A stretch of 64,000 nt of DNA, taken from the NCBI RefSeq assembly GCF_018977255.1, contig NW_024704743.1, forward strand, positions 99,450,001-99,514,000, in the 5' to 3' direction. This document shows positions 49,860-63,023 of the stretch, piece after piece. The notes under the pieces were generated by a model, which searched no databases, was not told the origin of the DNA, and saw nothing but the letters and a program-made list of their open reading frames with translations. The DNA comes from Callorhinchus milii. Lineage: Eukaryota. Numbering within the stretch: position 1 is the first letter of the stretch; each line of letters opens with the position of its first letter. The translations under genes were made by a program, and so were the position numbers.

Positions 49860-50185
49860 CATCCTTCAGATTAAATGACCAGCCTTTAGATGAGACATTA
49901 AACTGAGGTTCCTTCTGCCTATTAAGTTGGACCATTCAAATGGCAAGTTTCCATGGCACTATTCAAAGAGAAAAGGGAGTTTTTCTCAGTTTCGTGGCCA
50001 CAAATCTCCAAATAAAATAAATTGGTCATTCACTTCATGGCTATTTGTGGGACATTGCTGTATGCAAATTGGCTGCTGTGTTCACCTATAAAATAGTCAC
50101 TGTACTTAATTATATCCTGTGAAGCACTTTGAGATGTCCTCCAGTCATAAAATGCACAATACCAAAAGCAAGGATTATTATTATG
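49860..50185 (+). mobile_element. SINE family B, Deu core to tail
   Basis: GATGAGACATTAAACTGAGG...CCATGGCACTATTCAAAG...GTGGGACATTGCTGTATGCAAATTGGCTG...tail. Confidence 0.8.
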
Positions 50186-50269
50186 ATTACACTTCCTTTC
50201 TATTGCCTGACTGACTCAGTGTACCTGCATATTTTTGCCCCCTCTTGATTACTTTTGTGTCACGGTGGT

Positions 50270-50520
50270 GGAGTCTGACAATGAGCAGGGGAGAGGGAAC
50301 GGGTTGGTGACCATAAGCACGATCGGAAAGGAAGGTCTTTAGGCGGGATTTGAAGTTGGGGAGAAAGGGGGCAAGATGGAGGAATCAAGGGAGAGAGTTC
50401 CAGAGTTTCAGGGCGTAGTGACTGAAGGCACGGTCACTGAAGGTGGAGCAGAGGACACGAGGGACAATTAGGAGGCAGGAGCCAGCCGAGCGGAGTCACC
50501 ACTGAGATGGAGCAAATTGC
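50270..50520 (-). mobile_element. L2 3' fragment
   Basis: GGAAGGTCTTTAGG...GAGTTCCAGAG...GCGTAGTGACTGAAGGCAC, homologous to ~1010-1190. Confidence 0.75.
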
Positions 50521-51097
50521 AGGGTTTCATGAAAAACGCAGTTGAAGACTCAAGGTGAGGAGACAGCGACACTTCCTTTTTCCTGAGGAAACTTTCCCAG
50601 CCCTGATCTCTGCACCACTTTGCAGATCCAGCAGAGGATACAAAATAACTTGCATCTCTTAAAGCAAAATGGTCAGGGAAAGGATGAACACTGAATCCAA
50701 AACAGGGAAATAGAGCAACATCTGAAACCAAATGCTTGGTTAACATTAGGCTGTGATACACAAGTAAACAAAAATACCCCGCATTAAGAGTGCTATATAA
50801 GTGCAAGTTGTCGTTGTTGTTGTTGACTCAAACCAGAGGTCAGGTCTCAGCAGTCCATGTGATGTACATGGAATTCTATTCAAAAAGTGTCGTTTACATT
50901 GGAGGAGCTTTTAACGAGGAGGTAATAATGGAACTAAATGGAATGATTTTAAAAGGTGCACTAACAAATTATCTAGCCTTTTCCCACACATTGGATATTT
51001 CTTTTTTTTCAGATATTTGTCTCATTCCCTCTTAATACAAAACTCCATCCATATCATTATTCCCCCCAACCTCCATGTGCCCATTACAATCACCAAT

Positions 51098-51410
51098 GAC
51101 AGCAACAACTTGCATTTATATAGCACCTTCATGCAGGGTAATGTCTCAGAGTGCTTACCAAGGATTGCCCCAATCCTTACCAGAGTCCATTGGATTTCTG
51201 TTTCCAAACAAATCGACTTCAAGATGCTCACCTTCACATACGAAATTCCGTCGAGGAGGAGGGACTCAAAGACAGAGTTCCAGACAATGGGGACAAAATG
51301 GTTGAAAGCTGAGCCGCCAATGGTGGAGGCACTGGGGGAGAGGGGTGGGAAGACATGAAGCAAGATGGTCTTTGCTGAGTGAAGAGAGCAGCTATGAGAG
51401 AGGTAGTCAA
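51098..51410 (-). mobile_element. Rearranged L2 3' fragment with an inverted internal piece (~51160-51243)
   Basis: Minus tail and minus IGGSAFNHFVPIVWNS flank a plus-strand IAPILTRVHWISVSKQIDFKMLTFTY. Confidence 0.65.
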
Positions 51411-51650
51411 TGGAAGACTTAAGGGGGAGGTTAGAACAAAAGTTTTCTGCTTTGCTGCGAGTGGCTCTTGAAGCTAAGAACATAACATTTAAAGGGGAAT
51501 TGGATAAGTATTTGAAGAGAAACAATATATATGATTATGGGAACAAACAGGGAATTGGGATTACAGTATTTATCTCCTATGAGGGAGCTAGCCTCAGCAT
51601 AAACTCAATGGGATGAATGGCCTCCTTCTGTGCTGCAATTTCTATGATTA
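51410..51650 (+). mobile_element. CR1 3' end
   Basis: ITFKGELDKYLKRNNI.DYG; ATGGGATGAATGGCCTCCTTCTGTGCTG...TTCTATGATT. Confidence 0.8.
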
Positions 51651-52294
51651 CTAAGTGAAGATTGTCAGGTCTCAGGGGTATAATTTGCAGCCTGGAGCTG
51701 AAAGTTAATAATGGAATAACAAATACTTCAGGCCTTCCACACCGTAAATCACAATAATTGTTTCTGTTATTATATTCCTCGGTTTACGGTAACCCAAGTG
51801 ATGAATAATTTCCTTCATTATTTGCCTACTTTATTCTTTTTGATAAATTTCATCTTTTCTCTGCAGGTTCTAATACTTACAAGGAAAAAAAAGACGTCAT
51901 GGCAACCGAGGAGGTATAAATAAGTTAGCACAACATGTTGTGCCCATAGGAGAAAGAAACAGTAGAAAAAGAACACTGTAATTCAATGGAGAGAAAAAGC
52001 TAATAATACAATGAAAAGATTGACTTCACCATTTGGGTTTAATTCTCCTTTCAGTGTGACAGTGGCTCTTTTTCAAGGATATGTTTACTTACACAGCATT
52101 TTCCTGTTGATTTCAGCAGCTGCTGAACGTGGTTTAACAGTACCAATATTGTAATTTGAATATTAGAATATGTGAATGCCTGCCTGCTTGACCTTGTGTG
52201 CCACTGTGGCCACATTTATTAGCCATCATTGGAATTCAGGAGGGCTTTAGATTACCTAAGAGCTACCTGGTTACTATGCTTTGTTTAAGATCAT

Positions 52295-52708
52295 AATAAA
52301 TATGTAATCCTTACATTGATATAGCCTATTTCAAGTTGGGAGGATGTCTTAGGACACTTCACAGGATTTTACTGTCAAGTGCAATTACTCTGTATTTTGA
52401 AGACAAACACGGCAGCCAATTTGCACACAATAATATTCTACAAACAGACCATGATGCGAATGACCGATTTTATCTCGAATATTGTCTTTTAAAGAGGGCC
52501 ATAGGATCCTTAATGTTTACCTGAATAAATAGATTGAATCTCGGTTTAACATCTGATCTGAAGGACGACATCTCTGACAATGCAGCACACCACAAGCACT
52601 GTATTGGAGTGACAGCATAGACTGTAAGTTCAAAGTACCAGCATGGGCCTGACCCCATAATCTTCTGACGCAAAGGCGGGTGTGCTGCAAATTGAGCCCT
52701 GGCTGACA
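52295..52708 (-). mobile_element. SINE family B
   Basis: Tail, Deu core and head present in order. Confidence 0.75.
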
Positions 52709-54119
52709 AAAAAGGATCTTTCTGATCTTGTCTGTATCTCTATAACTCCATCAGCAACAAGAGAATAAAATAACATAAATGCTCAATTGGTAACGCTGGA
52801 GCCAATTTAGCTGTACATTCAATATTTATTCCACTGAATAAAGCCGTTGGCAGTATCTCCGATGCAATTCTCAATGATGATGCTCTGAAGTTGGGCAAAT
52901 CGTGATCCATATTTTTGAGTTCAACTGTGGTTAGTGAAATATCTGCTTTTCAGTCAACTGAATCTTCAGAAGCAGGTATTCGTATCAACTGGCAGTTGAG
53001 AGATGCAAACTGTAAGCCAAATGTCCAATGCCATGGATCCAGCCTTGGAACTTAACCATTGAGTGTGGCTTTGGGTAACGGGGTAGGAGGGGGAATGTTT
53101 GGATTTTGCCTTATCCACTGGAAGGGTCTTCATTGATCAAGTTACAATTTTGTTGTCAATGTCTATGTGGTCAACTCGGGAAAATCTCACACTAGTTGAA
53201 AATATCTGAGGGCTGATGAGGAAGAAAAGATGTCACAAGATCACAAGACAGATTTCAAGACTGAAGAGCCCTAGCTTATCTAATCATTACTCATTGACCA
53301 TTCCTTTAGCAATGAGCATCATCCTCATTGCTATCCTCTGTACTGTCTCCAGGGTCTAGGCCTGTATTCAATACTTTAGGTGTGGTGGCAGTGAACAGCT
53401 TATTAGAGAGAATGCAAATGTCACCATCTTTGAAATCAGCAAAAGACCATGGTCTATTTAAGTGAAGAGAAAATTCCAACCTCTGGTTGCAGTTTTGGGG
53501 TAGAAATATAAGCAGGTGGTACCCTCCCTTCCTCTCACTCTAATTGAAATATTTTGCCCAATAGCTTGTTTCTGCAGCTAATGAGCTGGCTAGTGGCATC
53601 TTTGATCTTGGAAGTGCGCAAATCCCAGGATTTCAGTGTTGCTTTGGGGAACATTGGCTTAACCCAGTTTTTAAAGCCTCCCTGAACTGGCATTAAAATA
53701 ATATGATCTACGCTGCCGCTGACTTGATAACTGTAGAAACTGACTTTTGGGTGGAAACACTTGAAAGAAATGGGTGGGGGGAATGACGTTGAGAGAACGC
53801 CACAAAGAATTTACAGAAAACTGCAGTGACTGTGTGTTTTGTGAGTGAACACATTGTTCAAATTGTCAGTATGGCTACTCCTGGAACCTGAATGAAAAGC
53901 TCATGAAACAGTTATGGACCAGCCAAAAGTGACACTTTTATTTGTCACTTTCCAGTGAAATAATAAATAATATTAATCCTTGCATTTGATATAGCACCAT
54001 ATCACGTCTTTGAGATGTCTCAAGGTGCTTCACAGAATATATCGTAAAATGAATTGACTGTATATTTTATAGGCAAAATATACAGTTAATGTGCTGAGCG
54101 CTGCTAGTTTTGTCATGTC

Positions 54120-55760
54120 TACAACAACAACAAAAGTACATTTGTAACGCACCTTTCATGACGGGAGGATGCCTCAAGGCGCTGGACAGACAGAATTACG
54201 GACCCGAGCTGGGGTCGGGGTATGGGAGGGTGGAGGGCAGAGGGGGAAGCAAGGTGATCAAACGCACGGTCGAAGAGGAGGGTCTTGAGATGGGTCTTGA
54301 AGGTGGCAAGGGAGGGGGCGGGGCAGAGGGACTGCAGGATGGAGTTCCAGAGGGTGGGGGCAGAGTGGCAGAAGACCTGCCCGCCAATAGTGGTACGAAC
54401 AAGGCGGGGGACGTGAAGTAGGCTGGAGCCCGCTGAGCGGAGGGAGCGAACAGGATGGTAGGGGGTTAGGAGGTCGCAGAGGTAGGGGAGAGCAAGACTG
54501 TGGAGGGTTTTGAAGGTGAGGACCGGAATCTTGAACTGTATCCTCTGTGTGATGGGAGGCCAGTGGAGATGGGCGAGGATGGGGTGATAGATTCGCGGAG
54601 CCTAGTGTGGGAGAGGACATGTGCTGCAGAGTTCTGGATGATCTGCAGCCTGTAGAGGGAGGAGTTGGGAGGCTGATAAGCAATGCGTTTGCATAGTCGA
54701 GCCTTGATGTAATGAAAGCATGTATGAGGGCTTAGGCGGCCTGTGGTATGAAACAGTGGCGGAACTGAGCGACGTTGCGGAGGTGGGGGAAGGTAGAGCG
54801 GTTCATGGCACAGATGTGGAGTAGAAAGGATAGTTGATGATGTCACCAAGAGGGAGCATATTGATATTGAAGAGGAGGGAACCAAAGACAGAGCCCTGAA
54901 GAACGCCACACGAGATGGTCCAGGGGCTAGAGGAGAAGCCGTTTGCAGAAACAAAGTGCAGGTGGTGTGAGAGGTACAATCCGAACCATTCAAGGACAGC
55001 CCATGGAGATTGAGGTGAGAGGAGAGGCGGTGGATGAGGATAGAGTTGTTGACGGTGTCAAAAACAACAACAACAACAACAACAAGATTCCATTTATAGA
55101 GCGCCTTTCACGTCGGGAGGACGTCCCAAGGCGCTGTACAGTTGGGTCAGGACCCGAGCAGGGGGGAAATGGTCAGGGTGAGGGGAGGGAAGGGAGGGAG
55201 CGAGGAGGGGGTAGAGAGTCTAGAAGGGAGCTGAAGGCTCGGTCAAAGAGAAAGCAGCAGAGAGGTCAAGGAGGACGAGGAGGCAGAAGGAGCCCTGGTC
55301 GCAGATTGACAGACTGTCATTTGTCACTTTGACCAGGGCTGTTTCTGTGTTGTGGGCAGCACAGAAACCTGATTGGAGGAGTTCGAGAAGGGAGTGGCAG
55401 GAGAGGAACGAGCGAAGCTGAGAAGCAACAACTTGTTCCGGGATCTTGGAGAGGAAGGGGAAGTTGGAGATGCCGTGGTAGTTAACGAGTAGAGAAAGGT
55501 CCAGGGAGAGTCTTTTAAGGATAAGAGTGTTTTTTTGATGGGGTGGAAACAGTACCAGGGGACAGGGAGAGGTCTATGACGTGAGTGAGTAGAGGGGCAA
55601 GGAGGTGGAGTTGGGAGGCAAGGAGAGGGGCAGGGATAGGGTCGAGGAAGCAGGTGGTAGGCTTCATATGGGTTATGGTAGTGATGGGAGAGGAGGGGGA
55701 GACAGGTTCAAAGTTGTGGAGGAAGGGATGGGCAGGGGCCAGGGTGGGGTCAGGGGCTGG
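54120..55760 (-). mobile_element. L2 relic with an internal deletion and a nested L2 3' end (~55063-55250)
   Basis: Reverse complement is collinear with ~26265-27985: MKPTTCFLDPIPAPLL, LQIIQNSAAHVLSHTR. A second (TTG)n tail sits at 55063-55085. Confidence 0.9.
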
Positions 55761-58700
55761 TGTGGGTGCTGAATCAGTTGTGTACATCCCTGAGGCCAGG
55801 TCAGAATGGGAAATTCCTTTGAAAGTAATCAAACTATTTTCAGCCTCATAATACTTTCTCTGTTTTGCTGGATACTGTCCATTTGGACACTTTGGACAAT
55901 AAAAACAGAAGACTGCAGGTTAAAGCTGTACCTTTGATTACTGTGTGAGGTGCTCCATGAGTAATATTCTATGCACTGTGATGCTCTACAGTTCAGGACT
56001 ACATGCTGACAATACGGAGCCAGAAACCATAAGTTGAAATCAAATATTACAGGAAAAACATCTAATTTTAGTGAGCACCTTAATATCAGTGACGTTTGTG
56101 GTGAGTTTCTAGCTCTAGCCCGATATTCAACTTTAATCTAAATTACTTCCCTGAGAAAGTGATAAAGTCTTGCTGATTCTTAAAATAACACTTTTTCACA
56201 ATAATTTCAGTGGCTATTTACAGTGCTTGGTTTACAGATGCAAAAAAAAATCTATTCCTGATATGGCAGAAGTTAAGATTCAGAATTGATATTTGTTACA
56301 TGGTTTTCAGACAAATCCGGCAGCTAGTTTGTACACAGAAACATCCCATAAACAGCAATGAAGTGAATGAGCAATCTTATTGGGGAATTGTTGGTCAGGA
56401 CAGTCCCTTTTTTTCATGAAGGACTCCATCTCTGAAAATGTAGTACACTCCCAGTGCTGTATTGGAGTGTCAGCTTAGACTGTGGGAATACATCAGTCTT
56501 AATTTGGAAACCAGTTTTCCACAGATAGTTTTAAGATAAGTGGGTAATAAGCTTCTGAAATGATACTGAATTTAAGAATTTTTGGGACAATCTTGCATTG
56601 TAAGACAATAGTCCAAAAGCTACACATTAATTTTTTGCTATATGCTTTCTAATTAACATTAGAAAAATACTGTAGCCTTTAATTTACAGTGGGCTATTTC
56701 TCAAGCAGCCAGGGCCAGATCAACACTCCCTTCTGCACTCTCAAAGACTACTCTGTTATGGTGGGAATCCATAGTGATATGATACAATTATTGCGGTGAC
56801 CTCAAGTGTGGCAAAACAATCAGAAAATTGTAGGCAAGCTGTGAAATTGTCTCTTATACAACAACAATTTAGCACCTTTCACATCAGACAACTGGAATTG
56901 ATCAAAATAATGAGAAGCGGTTCATTGTTCTGGCTTTGTATTCATAGCAACAAAACTTAACTTCCTACTTCTTTGGTTTGAATGTTTGCTCATCCCTATC
57001 TTTCTGGTTAGCTTGGTAGTGAGTATGAAGGCTAGTCTCTCTCTTACCCTGCTGTTGCAGTGACAAACAACATTAAGGTTCTCTATATTAAGAGGCATCC
57101 TCTGCGTTGTTTTGTGGTTTATAAATCTGGTCTGTATAGGCACCTATACCAAATAAATTACAAAAGATCTTAAAGGAAGTTCTCTTTCTTGACTGAATGC
57201 TTCTGGCTGTCTGAAATAATACATATTTTGCTGCTTATTCTTATTGTATTCTTACAACGCTCGAAGGCACTATCCTGCATGAAAGGTGTTGTGTAATGCA
57301 AGTTGTTGTATTATGGAATACATATCAATGTCAAAGAGTAGGGAATGGGATTATAATAGATTACTCCAGTGAGGAACTGGCACCAACAAAGACATGATGG
57401 GCTAAATGATTTCCTTCTGTGTTGTGAGCCTTTTATAATGCCATGAACCTGTTGAAATTACAGCTGTTATTTGACCCAATGTTCCATAAATAATGTTACC
57501 TGACAAGCCTTTCTTGATTCTGCTCCCTCTGATGTGCTTAATTTACAAACCAAATTATAATGCATTAAATTATAATGCCACTTTCCAGTGTTAAGTTAAG
57601 GTCATGAGCTATGTGGACTTCAGATCACTAATTTTGTAAGTGCTTACACAAGTGTTCAAGTGTTTAGTTGTTAACTAATTGAGAATCACAGAGAAAAATG
57701 AAAAGAAAAACAACTTATACTGTTATTTTGTGATATGGGTATTGGAATTCCCATTGTTATTTTATACCATAGGCATAAAGGACTTTATTTGACCATTACA
57801 CATGATTCAATGTGATTTACTGAACTGAAATGACTATATGGAGCTGGTTTCATGGGGGAAGGCAGGGCAAAACATGACAGATGATTCAAAAAAGCAGCAT
57901 GATATCAGAAAGGCCAGTTAGCAGAGTCTCAGAGTGAAGACTGCTGATTTATATCCGTTATCCCAGCAGGTGAATAGCCTTCAGTGACAATTAATTATCT
58001 TAAAAAGTGGAAATGTGTAATTACAGCCTACACATACTGTAAGTGTTTGTAGAGATAATGAAAGGACCTGATAATGCTACCTTAACTCTAAGTGTAGTCA
58101 GTTTCCTCTGGCTAGCCATGCGCGAAAGCTGCTTCATGTTCACTGCATGAGGTTGTGCTTAATGAATGCAAAAATGCAGTCCAAGGTGGCAAATGTAAAT
58201 TTTTAATGTAAATTTATTTTCTTTTACAAACGCTTTCTCACCGAGATGAAACATGGTTTGCACTGACCACAATCAATTGCAGGAATAAAATCCAATTATC
58301 CTAATTTGATAAAAATTTTCAGAGTTGATAGCCAGCATCAGCAGGAATGAATTTTGATAGCTAATGGAACCCATCGGATAAAAAAAACAATTTGAATTAC
58401 AAGCAATTGGCCTGCACTGTGTTGATTTGAAGACGTCGATAACTTGGTGTAACCATTCCTCGGCTGTCTTGGTGCTGTGCTGCATGACAGTTATTATCAG
58501 GTTACTTTAACAAGCACTTTTAACCTTTCCATTCTGTAAACACACAATCAGCATTGTTATAACAATCTAAGAATTTGTTCCAAAACAAGTACCATCACAG
58601 GGCTCACAGCTTGACTAACAATGGTACTTGTTTTGAAACTCATCAGAACCTATATAAAGCAAAACAAAGAAATCCAATGAAATCAAAGGAGATCCCAAAC

Positions 58701-59629
58701 CACACTGACAAAGAATGTCCCCTCAATGTAAAATTCATCACCAGATTTTTGAGTATTTCGAATCGAGTGGTAATATATGTAATAATAATAATAATCCTTG
58801 CATTTGACATAGCGCCTGATCTTGTCTTCGAGATGTCTCAAAACGTTTCACAGAATATATTGTAAAGTGAATTGACTGTATATTTTGTGGGTGAAACATG
58901 GCAGCCAATTGGTACTAGGAGCTGGCAGGTGAATGCATTCTGCTGCTGCTCCTATTTCTGTCACCAGCAGAAGCGATGGAATAAGGTACAGTGGTTGCGA
59001 GTGGATTGCCTAAACATACCAGTTTATTATATATTTTCCTGCTTTCATTTCTGTCAAGTTTTGTAAACCTCCTGTTTCCTTTGCACCTCTACCACACAGT
59101 TGGAACCCTTTGCTCCAAAGGCCATGCTGCAGCTGGGTGCTTGAATGCCATTTGTCAGGGTGGGGGTGGAAGAGCTGCAATGATTAATAGGATCTTGTTG
59201 CAGTCTTTCTTGAACTTACTGGATGTATAGATTTGCTGCTCATGCACGGTAAGCAGTAGCATCTAAGTTTCTGGGCAAAATCATCAGAACAATGGCGAGT
59301 AGACAGTTCTAGATTTCAGTTGGGTGTTTACCTCTGCCATGCCCCTTCCTTCCCCATCTTCAGGTTGCGCCTTAAGACCTTCCTCTTCGACCGTGTCTAC
59401 GGTTACCTCCTGCCGGCTTGGCATCGTGTTCCGCCACTGTTAAGGGTTCTGGGATGCTACCCTGTGTGAGGGTTGCTATGCAAATAAGTTGTTGTTTTTG
59501 TTACCATCATTACTGCAGAGTAACCTTGTGCTGCTCATTGAAGCTCATATGTTTTTCCTCCAATGCAAATTACTTTGTGATTGTGCATCTCAAATCTGAG
59601 TTATACTTTTTTGGTGGTAACTTAGCATG

Positions 59630-59850
59630 ATTTGTTAGCCGGGTTGAGTTGTGTTACAGTTGTCTCTGAGTCAGAAAGCTGTGGGTTCAATCCCCATTTT
59701 AGGATTTGCTTTGCTGGAGGTGCCGTTCTTCAGAGAAATTTTAAACCAAAGTCCCATCTGCTCATTCAGGTGGAAGTTAAAGGTCCCATGGCACTATTTG
59801 AAAAGAGAAGAGAGTTTCTCCTGGGCTTAAGGACATGAAGTGAAAGAAGA
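59630..59850 (+). mobile_element. SINE family B fragment
   Basis: Head plus GGAGGTGCCGTTCTTCAG...GGTCCCATGGCACTATTTGAAAAGAG. Confidence 0.75.
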
Positions 59851-59971
59851 ATTTTATTTGAAGGATTGTTGGCCAGGACATTGTGAGAAATTCCTTCCTT
59901 TTTTTGACCAGGTGCAACGGGATTGTTAATGTCAATTGCAATTTTTTTTTGTTCAGCTGAGTGCCTGACAC

Positions 59972-60320
59972 ATAATAATAATAATAATTACAATAATTAT
60001 AATATTTGCATTTGATATAGTGCCTTATCATGTCATTGTGACGTCTCAAAGCGCTTCACAAAATATATTGTGAAGTGGAATGATTGTATATTTTGTGGGC
60101 AAAACACGGTAGTGAATTGTGCACAACAATGTCCCACAGACAGTCATGGATTGAGTGACAAAATGCTTATTTTGAGGGATTATTATCCCTGGAAAGCGAT
60201 CTGCAAAATGATTAACAACTGGGTTCCTACTTACGCTAAGTAAGCAGAGGCATTCATGGAATAAGGAAACGTGCCTAAGGTTTCGCTATGCCTGGGAATC
60301 GAAACTGGGTCCTCACTACA
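59972..60320 (-). mobile_element. SINE family A, long variant
   Basis: Includes AACAACTGGGTTCCTACT, the extra segment of 24440-24813. Confidence 0.8.
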
Positions 60321-60459
60321 TACAAAACCCATCAACATGAGTATCTAAATCAGACAGAGTTTGTATTTGCATGCCACTTTCACATGGAAATTTGCCTGCA
60401 TCTGTAATGGAGTGGGTACTCTTTCCCTGGAGGTATGTACCCTACTTACCTAATTCCAT

Positions 60460-60795
60460 AATAACAACAACAACAAAATGACATTTATAGAGCGCCTTTC
60501 ACGTTGGGAGGACGTTCCAAGGCACTGGACAGTCAGAAGGTCAGGACCCGAGCATGTGGGAGGGTGGTGTAGGGGTGAGGGAAGACAGAGAGATGGGAAG
60601 GCGATTGAAGGCACAATCGAAGAGGAGGAACTTGAGACTGGCCTTGAAGGAGGCAAGGGAGGAAGCGAGGCGAAGGGACTGTGAGATGGAGTTCCAGAGT
60701 GTGGGGGCAGAGAGGCTGAAAGCCCGGCCACTGATGGTAGGGTGGGTCGGGTGGGAGACTTGGAGCCTGGAGCCCGCTGAACGGAGTATTAGGTG
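60460..60795 (-). mobile_element. L2 3' end
   Basis: TISGRAFSLSAPTLWNSISQSLRLASSLASFKASLKFLLFDCAF plus stem-loop and (TTG)n. Confidence 0.9.
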
Positions 60796-61989
60796 CAATT
60801 ATTGAAGTACCTCAACTCGGTTTCATTGCAAAGACTACAATCTTAAACATTTCGTTGTGGTGGGAAAATCATAGAATTGTGCAAATTAGCAGCCTCAAGA
60901 AAAACACTTGCAATGTCTAATGCTGTATTATGTCAAAATACTTCATAAGTAATAACTGTCATGAGTAACGAATGCTTTTGCAAACACAAAGGCCACTTGC
61001 ACGAGCAAAGCCCCACAAACATCCATCAGTTGAAAAACCAATTAATTTGGATTTGTTTTGGCCAAGACACCAGAATAAACTCCAATCTGTTTTTAAATAA
61101 TGTCATGGGATCTTAAACATCCCCGATAAAGCTCATCTTAACATTCCTCTAAAAGACGTCAACTCTGAAAATACTGCAAACTTGTAAGGGTTATTTAAAT
61201 TTGTGACCCTGCAGTGAAGTATGAACTGACACAAATTTTCTTTGAAGTGGTAAAATTTGATAAAAGATTAGCAAGGTTAAGCATATCAAAGTTATACATT
61301 TCATCAAATCATATTAATGCTTACAAAGGGCTAGTAATCAAATTAATGCTTACGAAAGGTTAGTATAATTCACTTCAATAAGTTGATTGGATCAATATCG
61401 TGGCTTTGATGGAAGAATTGACTTGTTATTATGCGTCGATCCATGTTGATTGTAATATTTCTTCTTTGGTTGTGCTTGGCTTCTTTGATCCAAAACTCAG
61501 CTCTGTTCCTTTTGTTGAGAATTATTCTCACATTTATACCTTGTAAAAACGTACACATTGACTTTGTAAAGATATCTGGAATTCAGCTCCACTGAAAACA
61601 TCTTTTGAGTCAGAGAGTCTCCTCCCGTCACTGGTATCCATAGTTGTCAAACTTAAGTTTCACCATACGTATTAGCATCCTAATGTATTGCTAATAATTT
61701 TAACACAAAATTGAGCATAACATTGCTAATTGTTACTCAGCATAGGCACAAAAATTGTGTTTGGGCATCTGCTTTTTTTATTTCTGTTTGTGATAAATTG
61801 TTATGAATTTTCTGCTCTTCGTAATAATGCAAAGATTAACTCTGCATCTGCCAACCATCTGAAGCTGCCAGCCACCAGTTCATCACAGAAACTTTTCAAT
61901 AGCTTTAGAGAACAACTAGAATGTTTTTCAATTTATACTAAGCAAATACGAGATAGAGAATTTGAAATAACATAGATGAATCAATCTTG

Positions 61990-62330
61990 GCAGACATTTG
62001 AGTGCAGTATAAGGGGAGCGCTTGGTAAGACTATTGCTGTCCTTCCAATGAGCCTTTTAACCAACTTCATGGCTGTCTATTCAGATGGGTGTTAAAGACC
62101 ACATGATGCTATTCGAGAAGGAAGTTTTTCCTGTCTAGGTGTACCAGCCAACAATCCTATAAAATAATTCACCTCTTGGCTGTTTGTGGAGCATTGCTGT
62201 ATGCAAATTGTTTGCCTTGTTTGCCTACAAATACATAGTCACTACACTTATTAGAATTTACTATAGAGCACCTGTGACATTTTAATGTTAGCGGGATAAT
62301 GTCAAATGCAAGGATTATTATTATTATTGT
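61990..62330 (+). mobile_element. SINE family B, decayed
   Basis: GTTAAAGACCACATGATGCTATTCG...GCATTGCTGTATGCAAATTG...CAAATGCAAGG(ATT)n. Confidence 0.7.
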
Positions 62331-63009
62331 GCTATTATTATTATGTAATTACATTTAGATCAGGTAGTTTCTAATTGATTTTCAGCAATAGGTAATAATA
62401 ATAATACTTGCATTTGATATAGCGCCTTATCATGTCTTTGAGGCGTCTCAAAGCATTTCACAGAATATACTGTGAAGCGAATTGACTGTATATTTTTGTG
62501 GGTGAAATTCTTATTTATGAATGAAGCAAGAAAATGTTAGAATTGTTCAGCAGTTGGATCGATGTGAGACGTAACATTGGAATTTCCTTGCTCACATGTG
62601 TTGAAAGAAGAGTTTCCTGTGCCTCTATTTGGTTGGTTGTATCCAGCACTGCATCAGTTTATTTGGGTGGAGAGTTTTTAATGGACGCTAATTTCTACAA
62701 AGACAGTGGAGACAGAACCATCACGCCGGGTTAAGAAAAATAGCTGACATTTTTGAATGATTATTAAATATGTAAAGGACTCTGTTATTAAATGTAATGT
62801 TGGCTTAGAATCCTCTTATTATTGGATTTTTATAGAGTGGGCTCAATGTAAAAACCCTTTTGTTCCCAAAGGGCTATGTTTGCCCTATCATGCTGTTATA
62901 TTATTAATTTTCAAATCAATTAACCAGCTAACATACATTCAGTATGCCACTTCGCTTTGTTCTTGTATCCACATATAGTAACTTGTACAAGGTGACTCCT
63001 GAGGCTCCG

Positions 63010-63023
63010 GTTGCCATGGCAAT
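63010..63023. promoter_or_regulatory. RFX X-box-like palindrome
   Basis: GTTGCCATGGCAAT matches the GTTGCCATGGCAAC consensus at 13/14, in non-repeat sequence. Confidence 0.4.

Noticed and set aside
51867..51913. Possible 47-bp exon (ctctgcag|...GAG|gtataa)
   Set aside because: Weak donor, unrecognised peptide and no linked exons.
61310..61560. 29-bp tandem duplication and a 62-aa minus-strand ORF
   Set aside because: An ordinary local duplication; the ORF has no recognisable homology or splice support.
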